NCBI GenBank assembly: GCA_963746775.1
Contig: CAVVCK010000002.1
Span: forward strand, 303,592-367,591
Length of the DNA: 64,000 bases
Origin: an uncultured bacterium
GTDB taxonomy: Bacteria > Patescibacteriota > JABMPQ01 > CAVVCK01
Direction: 5' to 3'
The notes beneath the pieces were generated by a model that was not told the origin of the DNA, searched no databases, and saw only the letters and a program-made list of their open reading frames with translations. Shown here piece after piece: positions 50,583 through 60,416 of the stretch. The first letter of the stretch is position 1. Each line of letters begins with the position of its first letter. The position numbers and the translations under genes are program-made.

Positions 50583-51659
50583 TTAGCTACCTATTACATG
50601 ATTTAATATTTCTATTACAAACGAAGAAGAACCCATAACAAATGTCTTAAGAAAAGCAATCACTAAACTGAATACATATGCATCTACATACATAAATACT
50701 ATTAAAATTATAATAGGGATTGCTTGAACGATTGTTCCGGGTCCTACTAAAAATCCAAAACCAATCCAATCCAACTTACTCATTCTAGGAATATATTTAC
50801 TTTTTATAAGATGAGCTCCAATAATTTGAACCCACCAAATAATAATTGTTACAATTAAACTTATAAATATTGTTTCCGCAGCTGCTCCTAAAGTTGCTAC
50901 TTTTGTTACATTAAAAACTGTTTTAACTGTTTTAAGTGTTTTAGCTAATTTTGTCGCTTTGGCTGCTTCGGCGCCTGTTTTGGCAACCTTGGCTGCTTCG
51001 ACGCCTGTTTTGGCAACCTTGGCTGCTTCGGCGCCTTTTTTACTTTCTTTATATTTCTCTAATCCTTTTTCAATTTTTTTCCTTACTTCTTTTCTGGTTT
51101 TATCAAGATCTAATTGTGTTTGATTTTCCTCTCCAGGACCAACATAATCATTCATACCAGCTAATCTAGATATTTGATCATCTCCTATTGCCTTCAACTC
51201 ATCTGGCTGATCTTCGCCTACCATGTTTAAAAATGGTGATTCTAACTTTTCAACATCCGATCTAATTTTTTTTATTTTTTGTTTTATTCCCTTAGGCTTT
51301 GCAGGACTATAAAACTCACCTGGGGATCTGTATGGATGTTTACCAACAGCAGCAACACCTCCGTCCAGCTCATACCTATTTTCATCTCGCAATTTATACG
51401 CTAAATTATTTTTTGGCAAACTAGATTTATTTACCCAGGCAGTATAGGCATTACTTATTCTTTCTTTAGTAGCAAAGATTCCTTTTTTATTTTTTAAAGT
51501 TCTCTGATTTTTTAAATTCACTATTTTTTCTATTTCTCTTTCTTCCTCCTTTTCGATCAATTTTTCCTTTTCTAAAACTTTTCTTTTGTATTTTAAAAGC
51601 ATTATCTGATAAAAATCTTCCCGAGCAGATTCTTCAACTGGCTGTAAATATTCATTCAT
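50583..51659 (-). CDS. hypothetical protein with C-terminal TM helices
   Basis: 358-aa ORF in T4SS-like operon. Confidence 0.75.
   Translation of the reverse strand: MNEYLQPVEESAREDFYQIMLLKYKRKVLEKEKLIEKEEEREIEKIVNLKNQRTLKNKKGIFATKERISNAYTAWVNKSSLPKNNLAYKLRDENRYELDGGVAAVGKHPYRSPGEFYSPAKPKGIKQKIKKIRSDVEKLESPFLNMVGEDQPDELKAIGDDQISRLAGMNDYVGPGEENQTQLDLDKTRKEVRKKIEKGLEKYKESKKGAEAAKVAKTGVEAAKVAKTGAEAAKATKLAKTLKTVKTVFNVTKVATLGAAAETIFISLIVTIIIWWVQIIGAHLIKSKYIPRMSKLDWIGFGFLVGPGTIVQAIPIIILIVFMYVDAYVFSLVIAFLKTFVMGSSSFVIEILNHVIGS
50959..51036. repeat. 30-bp tandem repeat (2.6 copies), in frame
   Basis: TTGGCTGCTTCGRCGCCTGTTTTGGCAACC encoding G(A/V)EAAKVAKT. Confidence 0.9.
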
Positions 51660-51725
51660 CTTTAGTATACATTAAAACAATAAAACATGAAAACAAACGC
51701 ATTTAATATCTTTTTTTTAATAATT

Positions 51726-52352
51726 TCAATCCTGCCAATATATACCACTTAATTTCCAATCTTCTCCTGATTTTTCAAATGTTGTTAATATTATTTTATA
51801 GCTAACTTTAGGCGTATTACTACTAGCTGTTATTTCTTCCCTTTTTACTGTTACTAATATTTTACTTTTTGAACTATCTTGACTAATAAAGACTGATGAT
51901 AGGGCTGAAGTTGTCATACCATAAAAAGGAGTACTACTATCTATTGGCATCTTACTTTTATCATCAATCCATTTTACTAATTTGTCATTAGAATACTGCT
52001 TTAAGTCTTTTAAATTTTTATAAGCTTCTTTGTCTTTATTAGTAAAAGTCCCAAATATTTCAGCTAACTTTTCAGCTTTTTCTAAAAATAATGTATCTTC
52101 ATTGTTTTGTATAGAATTATCTTGGTTTCCAGTATTATCAGCATTACTATCAGTTATTTGACTATTCTCTGTTGCTACAGTGTTGTCTGGCTCAATTTGA
52201 TTATAGGTTATTTGCTCTGTTGAATCAACGCTAGTTTGTGAATCACTACTACCAGTTGAGTCTTCTTGCTTCTTACAACCAAAAGCAGTCAATAATACTA
52301 AAATCATCAAACTGAAAATAATTGTTATAGAATATTTTAAGTATTTAAACAT
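51726..52352 (-). CDS. exported protein, putative NTF2-like (VirB8/TcpC-like)
   Basis: Signal with AFGC lipobox-like end; ends FEKSGEDWKLSGIYW; directly after virB4. Confidence 0.55.
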   Translation of the reverse strand: MFKYLKYSITIIFSLMILVLLTAFGCKKQEDSTGSSDSQTSVDSTEQITYNQIEPDNTVATENSQITDSNADNTGNQDNSIQNNEDTLFLEKAEKLAEIFGTFTNKDKEAYKNLKDLKQYSNDKLVKWIDDKSKMPIDSSTPFYGMTTSALSSVFISQDSSKSKILVTVKREEITASSNTPKVSYKIILTTFEKSGEDWKLSGIYWQD

Positions 52353-52440
52353 ATTAAAACCATGTTAATATAATTAGAACTTCTAACATACAATGCTAAA
52401 TAATTATTTCCTGGCATTATATACTAGACTTTGGTAATTT

Positions 52441-54336
52441 CTAGGTTGCTATAGCCCTTCTATCATTTTCAGGTGATCTTGATTCTTCTTCTAGTTCCTT
52501 TTTTGATTGTTCGATTTCTAATAATTGTTTAGGGTCAGTAGTAATTAATTGATCTTCCATATAAGAAGCAACAATTTTAATAGCTACATGCTTTGGACCA
52601 GCAAAAAATATTCCTTCACCAACATCTGATTCTAGTAGTAAAAATTTTTCCTCTTCTGTTAAATAAAATGTTTTCTTTAATAGGTCAATGTTGGCTGGAG
52701 ATTGTTTTAATAAAATCATCATGGAAGAATTAGTAACTACCGCTTTCCCATGATCAGAATTTAAAAAATCTGATACATCTTGACTGATAGTGGTCATACC
52801 TAGATAATATTTTCTGCCACGTTTCGCCATGGCGTACATAAATCTAGCCGAATCTTCATACTGCATCATCCACCAAGCCTCATCAATAACTAGTACCCGT
52901 CTTTTCAATTCAGCCCTGACTACATTCCAAATATAATTAAGAACAACATACATAGCTATTGGCCTTAATTCTTCTTCAACATCTCGAATACTAAATACTA
53001 CGAACTTTGCTTTCATTTCAACGTTTGTGGGTTGATTAAATATCCCAGAAAATGTTCCTTCGGTATATTTTTTAATCCTGGATACTAAACTTTCTGCCCC
53101 CTCCATTGTTTCTAATATTTCCTGAAAATCCTGCATTGTTGGTGAGGTAATTTTATTTAAATCTGATTCTGCTGTAATATCTTTCTTGGCATAAGTTTCC
53201 AGCAAAGCATTGTCAACTAAAGCATCTTCTTCCTTGGTCATACGTCCCAACATCAATCGCATTAATCCTTTTAAATTAATTACCGCCGATCTAATAATAT
53301 CTTCAGCTGACATACCTGTAATTTTGGGGGGTAAATCAAAAGGGTTAAGTCTATAATCAGAATCCAGTGATATCCGCAAAAAAGTACCCCCAACTGCATC
53401 ACATAAATGTTTATATTCATTTTCTGGATCTACTACAATCACATCAGCCCCAAACATTAAGCTTCGTAATATTTCTAGCTTCACCGCATAACTCTTACCT
53501 GCACCAGGTATAGCAAAAACTACGCTATTAGCGTTCGGCAATGTAAATCGATCAAAAATTATTAAACTATTGTTATGACGATTAATACCATATAATATCC
53601 CTTCATCCGATGTAAGTTCAGAAGAAACAAAAGGGAAAACAGTTGAAAGTGGTGAAGTATTCATACTATTAACCACTCCTATGTCATCATTACCAAGAGG
53701 CATAGTAGAATTGAATCCTTCTTCCATTTGATAAATTGTTCTTTTAGAATAAATTAATTTATGCCCTAACAAGCCTTCTAGCTCTTTTGTCTTTTCTTCT
53801 AATTCCTTTTTTGTTTCTGTATATAATGTTAGATAAAGACCAAAATGGAAGAATCTTTCTGTCCCCTGAACCAACCTATCACGAAGTTCTTCTACGTCTC
53901 CTAAGGCAGTTTCTAACATAGGATCTCTAACCATTCCCTTTTCCTCCTGAGCTGAAATTGTTGATCTAATTTGACCTACTTTATTTTTTAAAGTTTTTAA
54001 AATCTTTTCTGAACTCACCGGAGTAATATAGAAAGCAATGTCCAATTCTTCATTTAAATTAACAATAGGAGAAAGCCAACCTACATTTAAATAACGGGGG
54101 TAAGTAAATACAAATAATGTCCTAACAAATTTATTGTTAAGCTTTAAATGATCAGGATTAATCTGCATCGCTGATGGAGCTATAATATCTTTGATTGACA
54201 CTAAACCCATCTTATATATTTCTTCTGCTTTCAGAATATCCTCTTTTTCTTTTATTGATAAATTATCAAAATTCTGCTTGCCGTAGGGCAGCTGTTCATC
54301 TTGTACTTCATCTTGATTAGTAAGTGATCTTGGCAT
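52441..54336 (-). CDS. virB4: VirB4-like ATPase
   Basis: Walker A AIPGAGKS, VDPENEY, LNPFD, Walker B LVIDEAW, ISQDV, GEG. Confidence 0.92.
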   Translation of the reverse strand: MPRSLTNQDEVQDEQLPYGKQNFDNLSIKEKEDILKAEEIYKMGLVSIKDIIAPSAMQINPDHLKLNNKFVRTLFVFTYPRYLNVGWLSPIVNLNEELDIAFYITPVSSEKILKTLKNKVGQIRSTISAQEEKGMVRDPMLETALGDVEELRDRLVQGTERFFHFGLYLTLYTETKKELEEKTKELEGLLGHKLIYSKRTIYQMEEGFNSTMPLGNDDIGVVNSMNTSPLSTVFPFVSSELTSDEGILYGINRHNNSLIIFDRFTLPNANSVVFAIPGAGKSYAVKLEILRSLMFGADVIVVDPENEYKHLCDAVGGTFLRISLDSDYRLNPFDLPPKITGMSAEDIIRSAVINLKGLMRLMLGRMTKEEDALVDNALLETYAKKDITAESDLNKITSPTMQDFQEILETMEGAESLVSRIKKYTEGTFSGIFNQPTNVEMKAKFVVFSIRDVEEELRPIAMYVVLNYIWNVVRAELKRRVLVIDEAWWMMQYEDSARFMYAMAKRGRKYYLGMTTISQDVSDFLNSDHGKAVVTNSSMMILLKQSPANIDLLKKTFYLTEEEKFLLLESDVGEGIFFAGPKHVAIKIVASYMEDQLITTDPKQLLEIEQSKKELEEESRSPENDRRAIAT

Positions 54337-54431
54337 TTCTTTAAAACGTTAAAACTTTAAAACATAAAAACAAAAATTTTCTAATATCTTGTGCTTTATT
54401 TTCAATGAAACATCTAATTTTAAAAACCACA

Positions 54432-54497
54432 AATTTCTAATTAGTCATTTTAAAATTTTATTAGAAATTAGAAATTAGTAATTGGTAATTAGAAATT
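54432..54497. repeat. degenerate 7-bp repeat array
   Basis: TTAGAAA-TTAGAAA-TTAGTAA-TTGGTAA-TTAGAAA; shares a 20-bp identical block with 25481-25500. Confidence 0.75.
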
Positions 54498-54500
54498 ATT

Positions 54501-55268
54501 CTAATATCCTCCCCGCTCCACCTTTAGTTCATCTAAATCCACCAAAACTTGATTAGTAGACACTTCTGGATTATACCAATTATATAATAATTCAACTATT
54601 TCCTGAGTATCTAGGGCTGCTGATCTAATACCCATTCCAGATAAACCACCAACAACATGATTTACTCTAAGATGTAATTCTTCCTTACTTTTATCAAATG
54701 CTTCAGTTTTCATTTTCACTTCTGTAGCCGGTTGCAAAATACTTTTTATTTTATCTATAGGACCGCTCATACTCTGCCCTGGCGAAGGAGAATAAGGAAC
54801 AACTACATAAAAATTATTAGTTGTAATATTAGCTAACTCCACTAGAGACAAAATATATTCGCCATACCCAGCAATTTGCATTCTTAACAACTCATTCTCT
54901 TGAATCCTACCTGCTTCTTTTATTTTTTCGGCATATTTAAGAATATTTAGTTTTCTAGTCTGAGCAACAATTTGTATAGGAAATTCTAAAGAATTCAGAA
55001 AATCCTGAAAAGCATATATCTTACCTATCTGTTCATCTTCAGACATTAAAGAAAAATTAATACTAGACGCTAGGATTATAGAACGAAATCCCCCGCTTTT
55101 TAAAATAGCCGCACCATCTCTAATTCCTTCAACATTCAAAAATTTTTGGGTAGATACAGATTTTTTATTAGTTACTTTTTTAGAAAATAATGTTTCGAAT
55201 ATATTTCCTTTTTTGTTGGATTTATCAACTTGCTGATTTTTGTCTTTCAATTTATTTAGATTAAACAC
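54501..55268 (-). CDS. VirB4-associated protein (TraC/VirB4 N-terminal-like)
   Basis: STQKFL, SSINFSL, FLNSLEFPIQI, FYVVVPY, LYNWYNP; between prgI and virB4. Confidence 0.75.
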   Translation of the reverse strand: MFNLNKLKDKNQQVDKSNKKGNIFETLFSKKVTNKKSVSTQKFLNVEGIRDGAAILKSGGFRSIILASSINFSLMSEDEQIGKIYAFQDFLNSLEFPIQIVAQTRKLNILKYAEKIKEAGRIQENELLRMQIAGYGEYILSLVELANITTNNFYVVVPYSPSPGQSMSGPIDKIKSILQPATEVKMKTEAFDKSKEELHLRVNHVVGGLSGMGIRSAALDTQEIVELLYNWYNPEVSTNQVLVDLDELKVERGGY

Positions 55269-55413
55269 AATAATTAATGATTATGTGATTCTTAAGCATC
55301 CTCACTAGTTCTGTACTACTAATCACATGCTCTTTAAAACAATACGTAAGTATGGAAATTATTAAATATTAACAATCTTTTAACTTTCTTTTTATATTAA
55401 TCTTTTTTATTTT

Positions 55414-55863
55414 TTACTTTGGTATTTCTTCAGTGCTTTTTATCACTCCACCCATATCTAGTATTTGAGAAAGTTCTTGAATTCTACTCCTATTAAAACT
55501 TTTATCTCCAATCTCTTGTGTTTGCGCTTTAGAAATTATTCTCCCCCTTTTATTACTGTCACTTATATTAATATGAGATGTTTTTACATCACGTAACCAA
55601 AGCCGTAGTTTAGGAGAGGTGAAAAACTTTACAGCCGCCTTTAAATAAATTTCAAAAGGCCGGCCATTAATCTTTATAAAAGCAAAAGGAATAACTACTG
55701 CGCCAGCCAAAACTGCTAATAGAATAAATAAGGTAAGATCAGCTAGTGCCCAAACAATAAGTAAAAAAACTCCTCCAACTACTAAATATAAAAATTGCTT
55801 GGTAGTAAGCGGACCAATTACTTTGTCTTCAACTTCAATAAATTGAGGAACGGCGTATTGCAT
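55414..55863 (-). CDS. prgI: PrgI family protein
   Basis: VPQFIEVEDKVIGPLTTKQF, two TMs, KINGRPF. Confidence 0.9.
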   Translation of the reverse strand: MQYAVPQFIEVEDKVIGPLTTKQFLYLVVGGVFLLIVWALADLTLFILLAVLAGAVVIPFAFIKINGRPFEIYLKAAVKFFTSPKLRLWLRDVKTSHINISDSNKRGRIISKAQTQEIGDKSFNRSRIQELSQILDMGGVIKSTEEIPK

Positions 55864-55870
55864 AAATTTA

Positions 55871-55988
55871 ATTATTGAAACATATTGAAACTCATAGAAA
55901 TAGATAGAAATACATTGCTGTTAATCATCTTTTAATTTGTTTCCAATGCATTTCTATATATTTCAACTGTATCTCAATTATATTTCTA
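55871..55988. repeat. 10/11-bp degenerate repeat arrays downstream of four-helix-bundle gene (inverted pair)
   Basis: (attgaaac/atagaaat) array then (tatttcta/tatttcaa/tatctcaa) array. Confidence 0.8.
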
Positions 55989-56366
55989 TTTATACTTCGA
56001 TCTATACGTTGAACTAATAAAATTATTTAGTTTTACTGACAATTCTTTAGTAACTTTCTTGAATTCTATATATTTATCTTCTTTTAAAACTTCCCTTTCA
56101 AATAACAATTCCAACCAATAATCGCTGCGTTCACTTAATGAAGCTCTGCTGTTATAATAAAATTTTATTTTATCCAAATAGTGATATCTGCTATAGCCTT
56201 CAGTAATATTAGCTCCAACTGAATCTGTAGATCTAATAAATTGATCGCCAATCACTTTTTTATTTTGCCAACCTAAACTACTATATATTTCCCAACTTAT
56301 TTTAGATAATTGTCGAGCTAACTTATAAACATCTAAATCTTGTAAAAGAATGTATTTATTATTCAT
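55986..56366 (-). CDS. four-helix-bundle protein (23S rRNA IVP/bAvd-like family)
   Basis: DLDVYKLA, DQFIRSTDSVGANITEGYSR, FYYNSRASLSE; AGGAGG upstream. Confidence 0.92.
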   Translation of the reverse strand: MNNKYILLQDLDVYKLARQLSKISWEIYSSLGWQNKKVIGDQFIRSTDSVGANITEGYSRYHYLDKIKFYYNSRASLSERSDYWLELLFEREVLKEDKYIEFKKVTKELSVKLNNFISSTYRSKYK

Positions 56367-56418
56367 AAAAGTGGTAACCTCCTATTACTCACTTAATAAT
56401 TTATAATTAATATTATCA

Positions 56419-56522
56419 AATCTCTATTTATTTCTACTATATCTCAATTGCATTTCCATGTATTTCAACTATATTCCAACTGTATTTCTATTTATCTCAA
56501 TCATATTTCTATTGTATTTCAA
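56419..56522. repeat. 10/11-bp degenerate repeat array upstream of four-helix-bundle gene
   Basis: About ten units such as tatttctact, tatctcaatt, tatttcaact. Confidence 0.85.
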
Positions 56523-56526
56523 AAAT

Positions 56527-57831
56527 TTAAATAGATTTTAATACCTTCCTCATCTCCTCAAATTCATCCTTACTCAAATACTTCTCCCCTCTTCCTTTCC
56601 TTTCTTCGGCAATTTTACCTATATCTTTTTTGGAATCCAAACTTTCCTTGCCTTGCAATAAATATATTTTATAAAGTTCACTTCTTCTTAAATAATATTT
56701 TACAGCTTCTTTGCTTTCAGATGATTCAACTAATAATTTTTTAATTTTTGCAGACATAAATGCGCCAGCAGCTTCAGCCTCCTTGCCATAACTTCTAAAA
56801 TCTTCTATGTTTAATTTTTCTAAAGATTGAACTGTGGCTAATTTTGCTAAAGAAATTTTAGGAATAGGATTCAAATTAGCAAACTTTTTTTCTTTAATTA
56901 AATCATAATCACTTCTTGGTTTAGATAGTGTTTGCGGAACATTTTTTTCATCATTTCGTAACAAACTTCCCTTCACTCCTAGCAAATTACTATCTTCTCT
57001 CATCTCTCCTCTAATTATTTTCTTTTTTTCTTCTCTAGCTTTCTTTCTCTTTTCTATTTCTTTTTTGTATTCTTCTGGATCAAGAGGCATGTATTTTTTA
57101 TCTAAACCAGTACCCACTTCTCTTATACCAAATACAGAAAGCGGATAAGTAGCAATGCCATTAGGATGGGCCATATCTAATTTTAGTTTTTCATATAATC
57201 TTAATATTTTTTTTAATATCATCTTATCTTCAAAACTCAATATTCTAACATTTTTACTTTTAAATAAATAATTAGAGATATCTAATTCTCCGTGTTCACC
57301 TGCACCAATTAGATTATCATAATCAGCCAGCCAATTACGTACAGATGGCTCTTTAGGTTTATTATTAGATCCAATTATTATCTGACTATCCCCTAATATT
57401 TCTATATTTTCTTTTAGCGCTTCTCTAATATTTTTTAAAAAAGGATCTCTTTTCCATATATTAGAGATACCAAAAACTTTAGCTCTTAGTTTATTTTCCA
57501 AATTAATTTCCCATTTAATACTAGTTTTAATTATTACTAAAAAGTGTTTTCTAAATAAATCTATCGCTTTTTCATCGCTTAATAATGATAACTGTACAAA
57601 ACCAATTTTTACTAAAAATTCTAAGTACTTTTTAGCTAAATCTTGATTAAGCCCTGACCCAAATTTTCGTAAGGACTCTTCTAAATTTAATCTTAAAATA
57701 TTATATTCCACTACTTCCTCGCCTGTTATCCCATTATCATACCGCAAAAGATAATCAACTTTTTTAGTGATTTCCCTTAATACTTCTTGATCTTCTAATT
57801 GTCCTTTTGTAAAAGCTTGTATTTTTTTCAT
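56527..57831 (-). CDS. conserved hypothetical cytoplasmic protein
   Basis: PSVRNWLADY, YLFKSKN, SELYKIYLLQG, YLSKDEF. Confidence 0.75.
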   Translation of the reverse strand: MKKIQAFTKGQLEDQEVLREITKKVDYLLRYDNGITGEEVVEYNILRLNLEESLRKFGSGLNQDLAKKYLEFLVKIGFVQLSLLSDEKAIDLFRKHFLVIIKTSIKWEINLENKLRAKVFGISNIWKRDPFLKNIREALKENIEILGDSQIIIGSNNKPKEPSVRNWLADYDNLIGAGEHGELDISNYLFKSKNVRILSFEDKMILKKILRLYEKLKLDMAHPNGIATYPLSVFGIREVGTGLDKKYMPLDPEEYKKEIEKRKKAREEKKKIIRGEMREDSNLLGVKGSLLRNDEKNVPQTLSKPRSDYDLIKEKKFANLNPIPKISLAKLATVQSLEKLNIEDFRSYGKEAEAAGAFMSAKIKKLLVESSESKEAVKYYLRRSELYKIYLLQGKESLDSKKDIGKIAEERKGRGEKYLSKDEFEEMRKVLKSI

Positions 57832-57942
57832 TCTTTATTTTTTATCCAGATAAAAACATAAAATTTCTACTGCATATTTAAAACTAGCCTATATTCCGCC
57901 TCTCACAACATTATCCATGTTATTTTCTTATTCACTGCCACT

Positions 57943-60165
57943 TTAGGTCCTTCTTGCAGCTCTTCCTTCTGGAGTTGAAACTCTATCATCACCATATTTT
58001 CTTAAATGTCCATAACTAGTAGATCCACGTCCAGGAGGTTCTAATACAACTTGGAAATCATCCACTAGATCTTCTATAGCCCTTTGTGTTTCTGCTGGCA
58101 TAGTAACATCTTCACCTATTTCATAATAAATTTGCAAAGTATTTTTTGCTTTTTTAGCTTCTTCTCCCCCTGCCGCAAATTGATCTCTTAACACATCAGC
58201 AACTCCTCTGGTTACTTTTTCACCATTTTTATTCAACCCTGCAAAATGCCCTGGTTCTACTAAATGTCCTTTAATGGCTGGCGTCATAGACGGTATCCCA
58301 CGATAGCCATCTTTACTATTAAATCCTTTTGCTCTAAGATTTTCTTCATATCCAGGAGTCATGCCTAATCGTATTTCTTCTCCTGTCTCTTTATCCCAAG
58401 TCATATTCATAAAATCTCCTCGATAAGCACCCATACGATCCCTAAAATCTCTTTTAGCAAATTCTCCTGCCCAATTTTCTTTGTATTGTTGTTCAGAATA
58501 TCCTTCCTCACCAGCCGCTACTAGCCTGCCAGAGTCTGGATCACGTTTTAAAAATTCCTTGAATTGCCAGTTACCTATCCCTACTGCTTGCTCACTCATA
58601 TCGAGAAACATTGACCGGCCATTTTCTTTCCCAAACAGATTTTCATACATTGCCAAGGCTGCTTTCGGAGTATATTCACCTTTATTTTCATCAGCTGCTT
58701 CTTTGCTTCCAAATAATTTTATAGCTAAATCTTCGTCCTTAGTAGCTGCTGAAAGTAATTCGTTAATATTTTTAGTATTACAAAGCTCTTGTATCGCTGC
58801 TTCAACATCAGCTTCTTCACCAACCACGCCTGCTGATTCTTTTAATCTATTAACATAATACTGCCAAGCTTGACCCTTATTCTCAATATTAAACCTATGT
58901 TTAGCTTCATCAACGAACTGCTTATGAGCAGCATATTCATATTGATTTTTGTCCTTAGTACTACCAGGAATTTTACCAAGATAATTATTTATCTGATCTC
59001 TAGCCCAACCAGTAGCCAAACCACCTACTTCTGATTCCTCTTTTTCTTTTTGTGCTTTCCATGCCTGAGGAAGATAAGTTAGTTTGGCCATATTATGCAC
59101 CCCCCCTAAGGCTTTACCAGCAAGCCATCCAGCTTTACCTTTACTTGTTAATCCCTTAGCAGTCTTCCCTAATCTATCACTAGCTAATTTCCTACGACCC
59201 CAACCTCCAACCAATTTAGCTCCACCCGTCATTCCCTTCTTAGCAAAATCCATGGCAATCTGAGCTCCATAACCTCCGCCTTCTTTTATCATAGCAATTC
59301 CCAGAAAAAGCAACCCAACAACCAAAGCATACCCCCAAACAAATTCTGTCTGTGTTAACTGAGTAGCTGGCAAAGTGGGTGAAGAATGATTTAATGCACT
59401 ATCCCACGCCTCAGCCCTAAATCCAGAAGTATCATGATCTCTCATCTCGGCAGCAACAATAGCTGACAAATAAATACAAAAAGCAGCTATGGGTCCATAA
59501 AATAAGTATTTTATAAACTCATCCCACCATTTTTTAAAATATGTGCTGGTCACCGGCAGTATATTCATACCAAAAGCTATTGGAGATAAAACAATTAAAA
59601 CTAGCAAAGCTATAGTTCTAGTTATCATCATGCCGGTTAACCCGGCAAAAGCAATCGCCAACCCACCCATATATATCGTTATTAAAGCCATTGATATACA
59701 CATAGTTAAATTGGTAATATCCAATGCACCAATTCCAGAATCAATATCCCATACAGAACTAATTCCCATTAAAGCAGCAATGCCCGCAGCTGTCTCCTGG
59801 CCTGGAGCAAAATTTAAAAAGGCGCTGGTTAAAACATTAGAAAATTCTATTAAAACAGCACAGATAGTACGGCTAAAATTAACCAGTAATATACCCAATA
59901 TTAATTTTGGCAATAATTGCTTATACTGATAAGCTTCTATACGTAAAATAGTAGTAAAGGCAATAACTAAAAGAAAAATAACAAAAAACATATTAATTGT
60001 ATCTCTGGCAATACTCCAACCGACATTAACTGAATCCATATCTTGAACAGCTAGAGCGCCACTTAAGACAACACCTAAAAGAGCATCACTCATCCAAATT
60101 ATAAGTGCAAATAAAGCAGTGGTTATTTTTAGTATGCCTCCGATTAAAAGATATAAGGCTGCCAT
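57943..60165 (-). CDS. VirB6/TrbL-like polytopic membrane protein with large C-terminal domain
   Basis: GWSIARDTINMFF, LLVNFS, R...L.VLIVLSPIAF....LP, KKWW. Confidence 0.75.
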   Translation of the reverse strand: MAALYLLIGGILKITTALFALIIWMSDALLGVVLSGALAVQDMDSVNVGWSIARDTINMFFVIFLLVIAFTTILRIEAYQYKQLLPKLILGILLVNFSRTICAVLIEFSNVLTSAFLNFAPGQETAAGIAALMGISSVWDIDSGIGALDITNLTMCISMALITIYMGGLAIAFAGLTGMMITRTIALLVLIVLSPIAFGMNILPVTSTYFKKWWDEFIKYLFYGPIAAFCIYLSAIVAAEMRDHDTSGFRAEAWDSALNHSSPTLPATQLTQTEFVWGYALVVGLLFLGIAMIKEGGGYGAQIAMDFAKKGMTGGAKLVGGWGRRKLASDRLGKTAKGLTSKGKAGWLAGKALGGVHNMAKLTYLPQAWKAQKEKEESEVGGLATGWARDQINNYLGKIPGSTKDKNQYEYAAHKQFVDEAKHRFNIENKGQAWQYYVNRLKESAGVVGEEADVEAAIQELCNTKNINELLSAATKDEDLAIKLFGSKEAADENKGEYTPKAALAMYENLFGKENGRSMFLDMSEQAVGIGNWQFKEFLKRDPDSGRLVAAGEEGYSEQQYKENWAGEFAKRDFRDRMGAYRGDFMNMTWDKETGEEIRLGMTPGYEENLRAKGFNSKDGYRGIPSMTPAIKGHLVEPGHFAGLNKNGEKVTRGVADVLRDQFAAGGEEAKKAKNTLQIYYEIGEDVTMPAETQRAIEDLVDDFQVVLEPPGRGSTSYGHLRKYGDDRVSTPEGRAARRT

Positions 60166-60416
60166 TTACGTTTTTGTTTTATTTATAAATAATCATAATA
60201 CAGATTCACAAAGTTATACTACAAATCAACGAATAAATACTAATTTAGCAAATACACAAAATATAAAATACTTTACTAATTTAACTTGTTTAACCAATCT
60301 AATTAATTTAAACATAAGTTATTTAGAAATTTTCACCCAATCCGCCTTACCTGCTTTATCTCACCTCTATCGGCGAGTTGCCGTAAGAGGCAACCGCATA
60401 ATTCATGTTCCAACAA

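Noticed and set aside
55871-56522. CRISPR array or DGR
   Set aside because: Repeats are 10-11 bp, degenerate, without spacers; no cas genes, no reverse transcriptase, and no TR/VR pair noticed
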